The notes beneath the pieces were generated by a model. It saw only the letters and a list, made by a program, of their open reading frames with translations, searched no databases and was not told the origin of the DNA. A stretch of 64,000 nt of DNA from Pyrinomonadaceae bacterium (GTDB lineage: Bacteria > Acidobacteriota > Blastocatellia > Pyrinomonadales > Pyrinomonadaceae). Positions 9,474 to 19,226 of this stretch are shown here, one piece after another (the first letter of the stretch is position 1; the number at the start of each line of letters is the position of its first letter). Location: the NCBI GenBank assembly GCA_035257465.1, contig DATEXA010000239.1, positions 3,809 to 67,808 on the forward strand, read 5' to 3'. Both the position numbers and the translations under genes were made by a program.

Positions 9474-9647
9474 ATGTCGAAACCCTGGGTGATTTGCCCT
9501 GAGTGTGGCAATGAAATGAATTATCACGCTACGAAGATCGATTACAGCGTAGATGACCCGGCGTCTGTCGACGTAGTTTTCGGGGGAACGGTCAAAGAGG
9601 TCCATACCTGTCCCAGGTGCGGGCGGATTGAATTGCGAACAGCTTGA
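9474..9647 (+). CDS. Small zinc-ribbon protein (57 aa), below the ORF-track size cutoff
   Basis: AGAGG Shine-Dalgarno 8 nt before the ATG. My translation is 'MSKPWVICPECGNEMNYHATKIDYSVDDPASVDVVFGGTVKEVHTCPRCGRIELRTA', with CPxC...CPxC pairs. It starts 11 nt after the MOSC gene. Confidence 0.6.
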   Translation: MSKPWVICPECGNEMNYHATKIDYSVDDPASVDVVFGGTVKEVHTCPRCGRIELRTA

Positions 9648-9937
9648 CGTTGAGCGCAACCGCAAGAACATCACAACGGAAAACACTTTCCAAATGCCAG
9701 TAACAATCGTGCTGGTCTTTTGACTCGAATCTTTCTCCGGAGCAGTGACCAAAAAAGATTGCGCTCCTTCGCCAGAATCCCCAACCAGGTACTGCTGTCA
9801 GCATCACAGCCAGTCCACCGCGAGTTGCAGCGCCCAACTGTCTAAACTCTGAATACCAACTTCACCAACAAGGCGAAGGATCACAATCGAACTGACTAAG
9901 ACCAAAAGAACGAGCATTACTTCACGCTCCTTCTAAT

Positions 9938-11071
9938 TCACTCGGCAGCAGCGGCCGCCTTCGCTCCGAAAACCTCCTTCGCCGGCGGCGCATATACACG
10001 AGCCGGTTGCCACGGCTGCAACCCAGTCCCACCACTGATCCAGCCCTGGAATGGCGGAGTGAAAAAGCCATACGGATTCGATGAATCAATTGCGCTAACT
10101 TCATCGAGATGCTTCCGCAACTCGACGGGAATTTCGAACTCGCTATAGCGCAAGTTGTCCTCGAGTTGTGAAAGCTTGGAAGCACCAACAATTGTTGAAG
10201 TGATACCAGGCTGAGTCGCTGCCCAATTGAGTGCAACCTGAGATTGCGGTCTATCGATTTGCTTAGCGACATCCGCAAGCACTTTGAGAATCTGCCAATT
10301 GCGCGTAGTAAATCTATCGAATCTCGGATTGCCTGCCTCCTTGGCAATTTGCAAACGCCCTTCTCCCTCCCCACTTTCTCCCTGCTGCTTGTACTTTCCA
10401 CTCAGGAAACCTCCGGCCAATGGACTCCACGGACAAACACCGAGGCCGAGTTCCTGCGCAGCCGGAATATGTTCACGTTCGATGTTGCGCTCGACTAACG
10501 AGTACTCAAGCTGCAACGCAATCAACGCATCCTTGCCTTCTTTCTCAGCAATTGTTTTGGCGCGTGCGACGTACCACGCGGGTGTATCGGAAAAACCGTA
10601 ATGTCGAATCTTCCCGACACGAACGAGATCGTTCAGAGTTGCCACGACCTCTTCCGCTGGCGTAACGGTATCCCAGGCATGGAGCCAATAAAGATCGATG
10701 TAGTCGGTTTTCAGTCTTTTTAGTGAATCCTCGATTGAACGGTAAATGTTCTTGCGACCATTACCACCCGCATTTGGATCGCCCGGTTCCGGATTGAAAG
10801 TGAATTTCGTTGCGAGAACGAGGCGATTTCTTAAACTGCGGTCGGAAATAAATTTCCCGAGCAGTTCTTCACTGTGACCCTCGGTGTAGACATTGGCGGT
10901 GTCGATAAAGTTTCCTCCAGCCTCAACGTAGTGATTGAAGACTGATCGCGCGACTTCTTCTTCAGAACCCCAGCCCCATTCGGTACCGAATGTCATTGTG
11001 CCCAGACAAAGTGGGCTCACACGTAGTCCCGAGCGACCAAGGGTGACGTATGCATCTAAACTCTTGCTCAT
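9938..11071 (-). CDS. Aldo/keto reductase
   Basis: 'LGRSGLRVSPLCLGTMTFG', 'GGNFIDTANVY' and 'IDLYWLHAWD' are AKR signatures. The start is at 'MSKSLDAY', preceded by GGAAAGGAAG. Confidence 0.9.
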   Translation of the reverse strand: MSKSLDAYVTLGRSGLRVSPLCLGTMTFGTEWGWGSEEEVARSVFNHYVEAGGNFIDTANVYTEGHSEELLGKFISDRSLRNRLVLATKFTFNPEPGDPNAGGNGRKNIYRSIEDSLKRLKTDYIDLYWLHAWDTVTPAEEVVATLNDLVRVGKIRHYGFSDTPAWYVARAKTIAEKEGKDALIALQLEYSLVERNIEREHIPAAQELGLGVCPWSPLAGGFLSGKYKQQGESGEGEGRLQIAKEAGNPRFDRFTTRNWQILKVLADVAKQIDRPQSQVALNWAATQPGITSTIVGASKLSQLEDNLRYSEFEIPVELRKHLDEVSAIDSSNPYGFFTPPFQGWISGGTGLQPWQPARVYAPPAKEVFGAKAAAAAE

Positions 11072-11149
11072 TTGTGGCTTCCTTTCCAGTCCGGTTTTAG
11101 TCAACAAGTTCTTTGGGGCTTTTCGGTGTCTCCGTGTCTTCTTAGAAAC

Positions 11150-11250
11150 TGTCTTGGCGTCTCTGCATTCTCGACGTCTCAGCGGTGAGATCGAATGTTG
11201 AACCGCCGAGCATTAGAGTACCAGAGGAGACGTAGAGAAATTTCATTGCT
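11150..11250. repeat. Palindromic intergenic repeat, copy A
   Basis: Shares the blocks cgtctcagcgg, ccgccgag, agagtac, cagaggag and tttcattg, in the same order, with the 12705-12818 copy. Its arms (cgtctc...cagcgg / ccgccgag...gagacg) can fold into a long imperfect hairpin. Confidence 0.6.
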
Positions 11251-11255
11251 ATGCA

Positions 11256-12677
11256 TCACTGTTGCCATCCACCTCCCAGCGCTTTGTAAAGTTGCACGAG
11301 TGATAACAGCTCGTTGCGTTTCGTTTGCGTCAAGTCAAGCTCAGCATTAAACAACTCGCGATCAGCATCGAGTGCGTTCAGTAGCGTGTCCACTCCACCT
11401 TGATATCTGAGATGGGCAAGCTGAGATCGATCCGACAAAGTTTCCACCAGCAGTTCTTCTTGAGCACGGACCTCTTTAACTTTTCGATATTGGATTAGTG
11501 CGTCAGAGACTTCTCGGAAAGCATTCTGAATAGATTGCTGATACTGAACCACTGCGAGTTCCTGTTGCGCTTTGGCAAACTGCACGTTTGACTTGAGTCG
11601 ACCACCCGTAAAGATCGGCTGGGTTACCTGCGGAACAAAACTCCAGATATGGCTCGGCCCAGTAAACAGATTTGAGAGTTGGTCACTCCGAAATCCCAAC
11701 AATCCAGTCAAACTTATGCTAGGGAAATAAGCTTTCCTTGCTGCCGACACTAGAGCGCGTTGACCAATGAGATTCTGTTCCGCTGAGCGAATATCCGGTC
11801 GACGCTCAAGCAAGGAGGACGGCAAACCCGCTGGTACTACGGGGAGTTCCTCCTGCTGAGCCAACGGACGTCCACGCGAAATCGCACGAGGATTCGTTCC
11901 CAAAAGCAAACTGATTTGATTCTCATTTTGTTCGATCAAACGCTCGGTATCGGGAATTGTTCGCGTCGCCTGGTAAACAAGTTCTTCTGCCTGGCGAACG
12001 TCGAGCATCGAGGCGATACCATTTTGTTGACGGGCCTTGATTAGGCGCAGCGAGTCTTCTCTGGTCGCGAGTGTTCTCCTGGCAATGTCCAATTCGCTAT
12101 CGAGTTCGAGCAAGCTGAAATAGCCCGTGGCGACGTCGCTCACCACAGTCGTCATCACGGTGTTGCGATCTTCCTCAGTAGCTCGCAGTTCGGCACGTGC
12201 GGCTTTTGTCTGTTGCCTCAATCGTCCCCAGACGTCTAACTCGAATGACAGAAGATTCAAGACCACACTTCCAAGACTGGAGCTCCGGCCTCCTTGACCA
12301 CTGTTTGCTAATTGACCGTTGGCTGATGTGCGACTACTCGTCAGGTCAGCCCCAACTTCGAATTGGGGGAATTGATCGGAGCGGACTAAACCAAGGTTCG
12401 CTCGCGCTGCGTTGACTCGACCGACAGCAGACCGAAGATCGTAGTTCTGAACGATCGCGGTTCGAATGAGCTTCTGCAGCTCCTGGTCCTTGAACACTTC
12501 AAACCATTTGAGATCGCCGATGGAGTTCTGATCCGAGGGCGCGCCCGAGTCCATTCCGCGAAATCGATCGGGCGCAGAAATCGTTGGCGGCTGAAATTTG
12601 TTTTGAGCAAGCGCGTCAGACAAAAAACTAATCACTAAGACCGTTACAACAAAGATTCGCTTCAACATTGTGTCCAT
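11256..12677 (-). CDS. RND efflux outer-membrane factor (NodT/OprM family)
   Basis: 473 aa with a signal peptide, two repeated TolC-like halves, and a C-terminal 'LVQLYKALGGGWQ' typical of the NodT family. Confidence 0.9.
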   Translation of the reverse strand: MDTMLKRIFVVTVLVISFLSDALAQNKFQPPTISAPDRFRGMDSGAPSDQNSIGDLKWFEVFKDQELQKLIRTAIVQNYDLRSAVGRVNAARANLGLVRSDQFPQFEVGADLTSSRTSANGQLANSGQGGRSSSLGSVVLNLLSFELDVWGRLRQQTKAARAELRATEEDRNTVMTTVVSDVATGYFSLLELDSELDIARRTLATREDSLRLIKARQQNGIASMLDVRQAEELVYQATRTIPDTERLIEQNENQISLLLGTNPRAISRGRPLAQQEELPVVPAGLPSSLLERRPDIRSAEQNLIGQRALVSAARKAYFPSISLTGLLGFRSDQLSNLFTGPSHIWSFVPQVTQPIFTGGRLKSNVQFAKAQQELAVVQYQQSIQNAFREVSDALIQYRKVKEVRAQEELLVETLSDRSQLAHLRYQGGVDTLLNALDADRELFNAELDLTQTKRNELLSLVQLYKALGGGWQQ

Positions 12678-12704
12678 CCTCCAGGACTCGGTTCCTCTGT
12701 CTCC

Positions 12705-12818
12705 TGGAAATTCTCTGCGCCTCTGCGTGCTCTGCGTCTCAGCGTTTGAAATCTGCCTGAATCCATTACCGCCGAGACCAGAGTACGCAGAGGAGGCACA
12801 AAGGAGGTTTCATTGAGC
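12705..12818. repeat. Palindromic intergenic repeat, copy B
   Basis: cctctgcgtgctctg (12720-12734) pairs with cagagtacgcagagg (12779-12793) as 15 bp including one G-T. An inner stem gtctcagcg / cgccgagac is also present. Homologous to copy A. Confidence 0.6.
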
Positions 12819-12838
12819 AACGCAGAAACTCTCCTTTT

Positions 12839-15800
12839 TCAATCTCCCGATGCAGGTTGTATCGTCGGTCCCTCTGCTCTCGCCTCGTGTTTCTTTCCGA
12901 ATCTCATAGATAATTTCTCAACAGCATAAAAACTAACTGGAATCAGAAAACTCGCGATTAGCGTGTCAGCTAACATTCCAGAAACAACTACAGTTCCCAG
13001 TATCTGACGGGCGGCTGCCCCCGACCCTGTCGAGAACCACAACGGTAAACAGCCGGCGATGAACGCAAGAGAAGTCATTAACAACGGCCGACGTCGCAAG
13101 CGCGCACCTTCCAGCGCAGATTCGAGCAGACCACGCCCTCTCTCAAATTCCATCTTTGCGAACTCGACGATCAGAATTGCATTCTTGGCAGCGAGACCTA
13201 TCACTACAATCAAACCGATTTGCGCGTACACACCAAGGTCGTAGCCACGCAACAACAGACCGATGAACGCTCCACACAAAGCAATGGGAACTGTAAGTAG
13301 TACCGAGAAAGGTAACGACCAGCTCTCGTAAAGCGCAGCGAGGATCAGAAAAACGAAGACCAGTGACAACGCAAGTGCCTTCACTGCTGCTCCCGATGTC
13401 TGTTTTTCCTGGTAAGAAAGATCAGCCCAGTCGTATCCCATTTCGCGTGGTAGAAGTTCCTTGGCTACTTCATCCAACGCATCCATCGCCTGACCAGAAC
13501 TGTAACCAGGCGCGGCGGCGCCAATTATTTGAGCACTACGATAAAGATTGAACCGATTTGTATATTCCGGACCGGCAATACTCCGTGTGGAAACCAACGC
13601 CGATAGCGGCACCATGTCGCCATCCTTGTTCCGGACGTAATAGTTGTCGATGTCTTGTTCGGTCCGCCGCATTTCACCTTCCGATTGGAGGAAGACACGC
13701 CACTGCCTGCCGAAGCGATTGAACTGGTTGAGATACAGACCACCAAGATAGGCCTGCAACGTTTGATAAACGTCCGCGATAGCCACACCTTGCTTCAGAG
13801 CTTTATCTCGATCTACGTCAGCAAAGACTTGCGGAACGTCGGCGGAGAATTGAGTAATCACTCCGGCTAACTCCGGCCGTTTATGCGCGGCGGCAAGAAA
13901 TGCCTTCACGTTCTGATCGAGGAATTCTACTGAGCCACCACTTCGATCTTGTATCCACAGTGAGAAACCTCCGGCGCTACCGAGACCTGGAATCGATGGC
14001 GGCATGAACGCGAAAGCCATCCCTTCGGGAATTTGTGTCGCGAGTGCTCCATTGATCTTGGCAACAATCGCCTGTGCCTTAAGTTCCTTTGAAGTACGTT
14101 CGTCCCATGGTTTGAGACTCATAAAGAAGAAACCCTGGTAACTGGCCGAGATGCGATTCAGCAAACTAAACCCGCCGATCGCGGTGTAGTACTCCACTCC
14201 GTCTGTGCGGGCTAGAACGTTTTCTACTTTCTTCATGACTTGATCGGTTCGTTCAAGAGATGCGGCCGGGGGAAGCTGAACGTGCAACATTGCGTAGCCG
14301 TAGTCTTCTTCGGGAAGAAAACCTGTCGGCATAGTCCGCCCAATGAAGGCATCTGCCACTGTGAAACCACCGATGATCACAACGCCTATCACTGCTTTTC
14401 GCAGCAACGCATGACTCCAGTTCAGATAGCCATGCATTATCTTGTCGAACACGCGGTTGAAGCCTCCGAAGAATCGGCCGACCACACCTTTCGATTTTTT
14501 TCGCGGCTTTAGTAACAACGCAGCCAGCGCAGGTGAAAGAGTCAGCGCATTGAAGGCCGAGATCAGCATCGAGACTGCTATCGTCATAGCAAACTGATTA
14601 TTTAGACGACCCTGGATTCCTCCCATAAACGCAACCGGTAGGAAAACTGACGAAAGAATTAGCGCGATCGCGATCACAGGTCCGCCAACGTCTTTCATTG
14701 CCTGGATGGTCGCGTCGCGCGGAGACTTCCCTTCCTCGATGTGGTGCTCGACTGCTTCGACAACGATGATTGCGTCATCGACCACCAGTCCTATCGCGAG
14801 GACAAACGCGAACAAGGACAACGTGTTTATCGAGAATCCCAACAGCGGAAAGACGGCAAAGGTTCCGATAAGCGATACCGGAACGGCGATCACCGGTATG
14901 AGCGTTGCGCGCCAGTTTTGCAGAAACAGAAACACAACGACGATCACAAGAACCATCGCTTCCAGCAACGTGGTGACAGTTTCCTTCATGCCCTCGCTGA
15001 CCGGTCGCGTTGTGTCAAAGACGACTGCGTAATCGAGGTCAGCAGGAAAACGCTGCTTTAGTTGCGCCATCGTAGTGCGCAGTCCGTTGGCGGTTGCGAG
15101 AGCATTCGATCCTGGCGCTTGAAATATCGCCACGATGGCACTGGGTTGACCGTTCATGCGCGAGCTCTGTTGATAATTGAGTGCGCCCAATTCAATGCGT
15201 GCAACATCTTTCAAGCGCACAACGGAGCCATCGTTGTTCTCCCGCACTACAACTTGTCCAAATTCTTCTGGAGTCTGCAGTCGCCCCTGGGCCCGGACTG
15301 TGTAGGTCTTTTCCATACCTGCGGGTGCAGGCGCGGCTCCCACGCGTCCCGATGGATTAACAGTGCTTTGTTCCTGAACCGCTTTCGTCAGGTCGGGTAC
15401 TCCCAGGCCTAGTTTTGCCAGAACATCCGGCTTGACCCAAATGCGCATTGCGTAGTCGCTTGAACCAAACACTCTTACTTCGCCAACTCCGGGCACACGG
15501 TAAAGAACGTCGTTGATATTGATGTTCGCGTAATTGGCAAGGAACAACGAATCATAAGTTTGGTTTGGAGAGTAGAGCGAAAATACCAGCATCGGCAGTC
15601 CAGTGGACTTCCGGGTTGTTAGACCAAACTGGTTCACGTCAGTAGGAAGATTAGGCTCAGCTTGTGACAGCCGATTCTGCACGTTCACCTGATCGATGTT
15701 GACGTCAGTGTCCACACCAAAAGTCACTATCAGCTGCTGGCTACCATCGTTAGCGTTGATCGATTGCATGTAGAGCATGTTGTCAACGCCGTTCATTTGC

Positions 15801-16003
15801 TGCTCAATTGGCGTGGAAACGGACTGCTCGATCGTGATTGCGTCAGCGCCGGTGTAGTTGGTTGAGACAATGATCTGTGGGGGTAAGATCTCAGGAAACA
15901 GTGCCAGCGGTAGACCTGACATGCTGATCAGCCCGCCGATGACAGTGACCAGGGCGATAACCATCGCCACAATTGGTCGCCTTATAAAAAAGTTCGAAAT
16001 CAT
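12839..16003 (-). CDS. Multidrug-type RND efflux permease (HAE1, AcrB/MexB-like)
   Basis: 1054 aa beginning 'MISNFFIRRPIVAMVIAL', with the TM4 motif 'GLVVDDAIIVVEAVE' of the HAE1 type and 12-TM architecture. Confidence 0.95.
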   Translation of the reverse strand: MISNFFIRRPIVAMVIALVTVIGGLISMSGLPLALFPEILPPQIIVSTNYTGADAITIEQSVSTPIEQQMNGVDNMLYMQSINANDGSQQLIVTFGVDTDVNIDQVNVQNRLSQAEPNLPTDVNQFGLTTRKSTGLPMLVFSLYSPNQTYDSLFLANYANININDVLYRVPGVGEVRVFGSSDYAMRIWVKPDVLAKLGLGVPDLTKAVQEQSTVNPSGRVGAAPAPAGMEKTYTVRAQGRLQTPEEFGQVVVRENNDGSVVRLKDVARIELGALNYQQSSRMNGQPSAIVAIFQAPGSNALATANGLRTTMAQLKQRFPADLDYAVVFDTTRPVSEGMKETVTTLLEAMVLVIVVVFLFLQNWRATLIPVIAVPVSLIGTFAVFPLLGFSINTLSLFAFVLAIGLVVDDAIIVVEAVEHHIEEGKSPRDATIQAMKDVGGPVIAIALILSSVFLPVAFMGGIQGRLNNQFAMTIAVSMLISAFNALTLSPALAALLLKPRKKSKGVVGRFFGGFNRVFDKIMHGYLNWSHALLRKAVIGVVIIGGFTVADAFIGRTMPTGFLPEEDYGYAMLHVQLPPAASLERTDQVMKKVENVLARTDGVEYYTAIGGFSLLNRISASYQGFFFMSLKPWDERTSKELKAQAIVAKINGALATQIPEGMAFAFMPPSIPGLGSAGGFSLWIQDRSGGSVEFLDQNVKAFLAAAHKRPELAGVITQFSADVPQVFADVDRDKALKQGVAIADVYQTLQAYLGGLYLNQFNRFGRQWRVFLQSEGEMRRTEQDIDNYYVRNKDGDMVPLSALVSTRSIAGPEYTNRFNLYRSAQIIGAAAPGYSSGQAMDALDEVAKELLPREMGYDWADLSYQEKQTSGAAVKALALSLVFVFLILAALYESWSLPFSVLLTVPIALCGAFIGLLLRGYDLGVYAQIGLIVVIGLAAKNAILIVEFAKMEFERGRGLLESALEGARLRRRPLLMTSLAFIAGCLPLWFSTGSGAAARQILGTVVVSGMLADTLIASFLIPVSFYAVEKLSMRFGKKHEARAEGPTIQPASGD

Positions 16004-16029
16004 TTCCCCACTCCGAAAGTTACCTGAAG

Positions 16030-17430
16030 TTACTTGGCTGGTTCAGGGTTACCCTTAAACGGTTTTGGATCTACGACCATGCCGGGACTTACCTTGAGGG
16101 CGCCTTCAGCGACGATGACCTCGCCTGACTTCAGACCTTCCTGAACGATCCACATCGATCCACTGCGTTCGCTAACCTTGACCGGACGAATGCTCACCTT
16201 GTTGTCACTACCAACCACTGCTACTTGATAAGTTCCCTGTAACTCGGTAACTGCACGCTGAGGAACCAGCAACGCATCCTCTCGTGTCTTCGTAACTGCA
16301 CGGACGCGCCCATACTGTCCGGGTCGTAAGACACTGCCCGCGTTCGGAAACACTCCTGCCATTCGGATTGCACCAGTCTTTGGATCGACTTGACGGTCTG
16401 CAAAATAAAATCGACCTCGTTCCGGATATGTGCTGCCGTCGGACAGAACCAGTTCCAGTTCAAGATCCGAAAGATTGTCACTTTGTTCAGCTTCAGAATG
16501 TTTAGTCTTTGAGTATTTCAAATACTCTTGTTCACTCAAGGTGAAATAAACCTTGATCGGATCTACTGTCGAAACAGTTGTAAGCGATCCACTGGTAGTG
16601 TTGACGAGATTGCCGACCTGGGCCTGGGCAATGCCGACGATGCCATCGATAGGAGCCAGGATTTTCGTAAACCCCAGATTGAGTACTGCGGCATTCGCTG
16701 CTGCTTTGGCATTCTCCAATTGTCCTTTAGCAGTTGAGATTCCAGCCTTGGCGTTGTTGATCTGCGCTTTTGCTTGGGCCAGTTGAGCTCTTGCCGCTTC
16801 TATTCCTGCCCGTGCGACATCAACCTGCGCCTTCGAAACGGCATTCCCCTGCTTAGCATTGTCGTATTCCTGTTGCGTCACTGCTTTCTGATCAAGAAGT
16901 GGACGATATTTATCAACATCGAGTTGTGACTTGACTTGATTTGCCTCAGCTTGTGTCAGTTGTGCCTGGGATTGCGTGAGCTGACTGTTGGCCTGCGCTT
17001 CTTGCGCTTCAGCCTGAGTGACCTGCGACATAGCCTGCTCAAGCTGTCCCTGAAATTGTGCGACTTGACCGTTTGCCTGATCTAGAGCTGCTTGAAAAGG
17101 TCGTGGATCAATCTCAAACAGAAGCTGTCCCTTCTTCACAAAGGAACCTTCTTTGTAATCCTGTCTCAACAGATAACCAGTTACTTGCGCCTTTATCTCG
17201 GCGTTCACCATTCCATCCGTGGTGCCAATCCACTCGCTGTAGATCGGCACATTTGTCGGCTGAACTGAAATCACCGCAACTTCGAGCGGTCTTGGTGCCG
17301 CTTGCGCTGGTTTGTTGGACCGAGCCAATACCAACAAACCTGCAAGCACTGAGAAGACTCCAATCGCAACGATTGAAAAAAGTACCTTGTGTTTTCCTAT
17401 AACGTATTGCAGTGCTTTTAAGTGGACCAT
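16030..17430 (-). CDS. RND efflux periplasmic adaptor (membrane fusion protein)
   Basis: N-terminal TM segment, a long Ala/Gln-rich coiled-coil hairpin and a beta-barrel C-terminus. It lies 26 nt upstream of the RND permease. Confidence 0.9.
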   Translation of the reverse strand: MVHLKALQYVIGKHKVLFSIVAIGVFSVLAGLLVLARSNKPAQAAPRPLEVAVISVQPTNVPIYSEWIGTTDGMVNAEIKAQVTGYLLRQDYKEGSFVKKGQLLFEIDPRPFQAALDQANGQVAQFQGQLEQAMSQVTQAEAQEAQANSQLTQSQAQLTQAEANQVKSQLDVDKYRPLLDQKAVTQQEYDNAKQGNAVSKAQVDVARAGIEAARAQLAQAKAQINNAKAGISTAKGQLENAKAAANAAVLNLGFTKILAPIDGIVGIAQAQVGNLVNTTSGSLTTVSTVDPIKVYFTLSEQEYLKYSKTKHSEAEQSDNLSDLELELVLSDGSTYPERGRFYFADRQVDPKTGAIRMAGVFPNAGSVLRPGQYGRVRAVTKTREDALLVPQRAVTELQGTYQVAVVGSDNKVSIRPVKVSERSGSMWIVQEGLKSGEVIVAEGALKVSPGMVVDPKPFKGNPEPAK

Positions 17431-17923
17431 CCTCTATCCCCCTGATATGACACAGCGCGTGATGTGCTTTTCCAACGGCCTCCGCCCCCGAGCAGGTGAA
17501 CTTGCGCCCCGAGTTACCCCCTAACTCCAAGTCCACCTGCTTCGACGATCACGGGCCTCCGCCCACAAGGCCCGTGCCCGCTTGAAAAGCAGAGTTGCTA
17601 AGTTCTTCCATACCGATCCGCTCTGTTTCTAAATCCGTCGTGGTTCTAAATCCTCAGCAACATGTCTTCAGCAACATCCCTGCCAGTGTTTCTGCTGGGA
17701 CAAATCGAGGGTTCACACCGTTGTAATCGATTCCGAGTGACAACAGCTTGGCAGGTGACCATATTTCGTCGGTGAGATTTTCGGCATTAGCGGTAATGAC
17801 AGCGTTGACCAACGCATCTATTTACAAAACTCGAGGTCATTGCCCGCTTTATGAGAAGTTGGTTTTGCGGCCGACGTATTGCAGTAGTCATGACGCTTAA
17901 CAGAACTCGAAAGGAAGGACCAC

Positions 17924-18673
17924 ATGGACAAATTGGACGGAAAGGTTGCCGTCGTGACAGGAGGCAACAGTGGAATTGGGCTGGCTACGGCTAAAGAATT
18001 CAGTGAGCAGGGAGCGAAGGTCGTAATCTCGGGAAGGGATCAGCAGACACTCAATTCGGCGAAGAGGGAAATCGGCAACGGCGTGTTGGCGGTCAAATCT
18101 GACACCTCAAATCTCGAGGACATCGACGCGCTGTTCGGAGCTGTGAAGAAGGAGTTCGGGAAGATTGACGTGTTGTTCGTTAACGCGGGTGTCGGGAAGT
18201 TTTTACCGATTGAGAGCGTGGACGAAGAGTTCTTCGATCAGATCATGGACATCAATTTCAAGGGCGCGTACTTCACAATTCAGAAAGCATTACCGCTGCT
18301 AAACGACAACGCATCGATCATTCTTAACACTTCGATCAACGCCCATATTGGAATGCCGAACACGAGCGTATACGCGGCGAGCAAGGCGGCGTTGATAACC
18401 CTCGCGAGAACTCTATCTGCTGAGCTCATCGGACGCGGGATAAGGGTCAATGCAGTGAGTCCAGGTCCCGTTACCACACCTATCTTCGACAAGTTAGGGT
18501 TGGCTCCTCAGGATCTTCAGAAGTTGGCACAGAGTGTTCAAGTTAAGGTGCCGATGAAACGTTTTGGATTACCCGAGGAGATAGCGAAGACCGTTTTGTT
18601 CCTGGCTAGTTCAGATTCCTCGTTCTTGCTGGGGACGGAAATTGTCGCTGATGGAGGAATGAGCCAGCTGTAA
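17924..18673 (+). CDS. SDR-family oxidoreductase
   Basis: AAGGAAGGA Shine-Dalgarno, 'VTGGNSGIGLATA' (TGxxxGxG), 'NAG' and the catalytic 'YAASKAAL'. Confidence 0.9.
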   Translation: MDKLDGKVAVVTGGNSGIGLATAKEFSEQGAKVVISGRDQQTLNSAKREIGNGVLAVKSDTSNLEDIDALFGAVKKEFGKIDVLFVNAGVGKFLPIESVDEEFFDQIMDINFKGAYFTIQKALPLLNDNASIILNTSINAHIGMPNTSVYAASKAALITLARTLSAELIGRGIRVNAVSPGPVTTPIFDKLGLAPQDLQKLAQSVQVKVPMKRFGLPEEIAKTVLFLASSDSSFLLGTEIVADGGMSQL

Positions 18674-18701
18674 AACGGTGGAGCGATGCAGTCAATTACC
18701 G

Positions 18702-18762
18702 GCTTCATTCGGAGAAACGCACAAGTCCCATTAGAGCTTGTGTCGGCTGATCCGAATGAAGC
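18702..18762. other. Compound stem-loop in the convergent gap
   Basis: Perfect 12-bp arms gcttcattcgga / tccgaatgaagc enclose an inner 6-bp stem cacaag / cttgtg. Confidence 0.4.
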
Positions 18763-18842
18763 TAAAAAGTCGGGAATCCCAGGCACGGCAGTGCGTGGAT
18801 TGTTCAGATCCGACCTAGTAAGGAGTGTGGTTTGAAGACTAT

Positions 18843-18915
18843 CCGAATCCCACCAACGGTGCTCCTTGTAGGTTGGACTTGAACAATCCAGCAACTGCGG
18901 TTGGTGGGATTTCGG
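18843..18915 (+). terminator. Long stem-loop followed by AATTTTG
   Basis: ccgaatcccaccaac pairs with gttggtgggatttcgg (15 bp with a 1-nt bulge) over a 42-nt loop. A T-rich tail follows on the plus strand. Confidence 0.35.
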
Positions 18916-18956
18916 AATTTTGTGCAAAGCCTCGGTGGAAGAATTAAGTAGACAGG

Positions 18957-19226
18957 TTATTTGTGAGCCTCGATCTCTTCGATGAAGCATTTAGCCATCA
19001 GACCCTTTGAAACGAGTCGCGTCCCTTTCTCAAACATTTTCGTCAACAACTGCTTTCCCTTATTGTCGATGAAGCTAACAGCCGTTAAATCAACTGAGAC
19101 TGCCGCCTTGCTGGCTGAGGCCGCACTCCAACAGCGTTCCAGTTCTCCTACTGCTTCGCCGGCGAGTTTACCTTCAAGAAAGAGTCGAGTAATCGCGCGC
19201 TCATCATGTGTGGTAATTCTGATCAT
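18957..19226 (-). CDS. Single-domain STAS protein (paralog of 23060-23329)
   Basis: 'MIRITTH...LFLEGKLAGEAVGEL...VSVDLTAVSFIDNKGKQLL'. The track ORF extends to 19271, and I prefer the internal Met at 19226. It is divergent from the sigma-54 activator. Confidence 0.75.
   Translation of the reverse strand: MIRITTHDERAITRLFLEGKLAGEAVGELERCWSAASASKAAVSVDLTAVSFIDNKGKQLLTKMFEKGTRLVSKGLMAKCFIEEIEAHK

Noticed and set aside
9648-9937. Possible small membrane-protein gene on the minus strand ('MLVLLVLVSSIVILRLVGEV...').
   Set aside because: The hydrophobic frame stops after 37 codons. Continuing needs a frameshift into an ORF that runs antisense into the zinc-ribbon gene. There is no Shine-Dalgarno and no recognisable family, so I cannot tell a real micro-ORF or pseudogene from noise.
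13059-15412. Many 60-116-aa plus-strand ORFs inside the multidrug RND permease gene (for example 14706-15032, 14741-15061, 15062-15412).
   Set aside because: They are antisense to a 1054-aa gene with unmistakable RND motifs. Their translations are Arg/Ser/Thr-rich and carry no motifs, so they are typical shadow ORFs.
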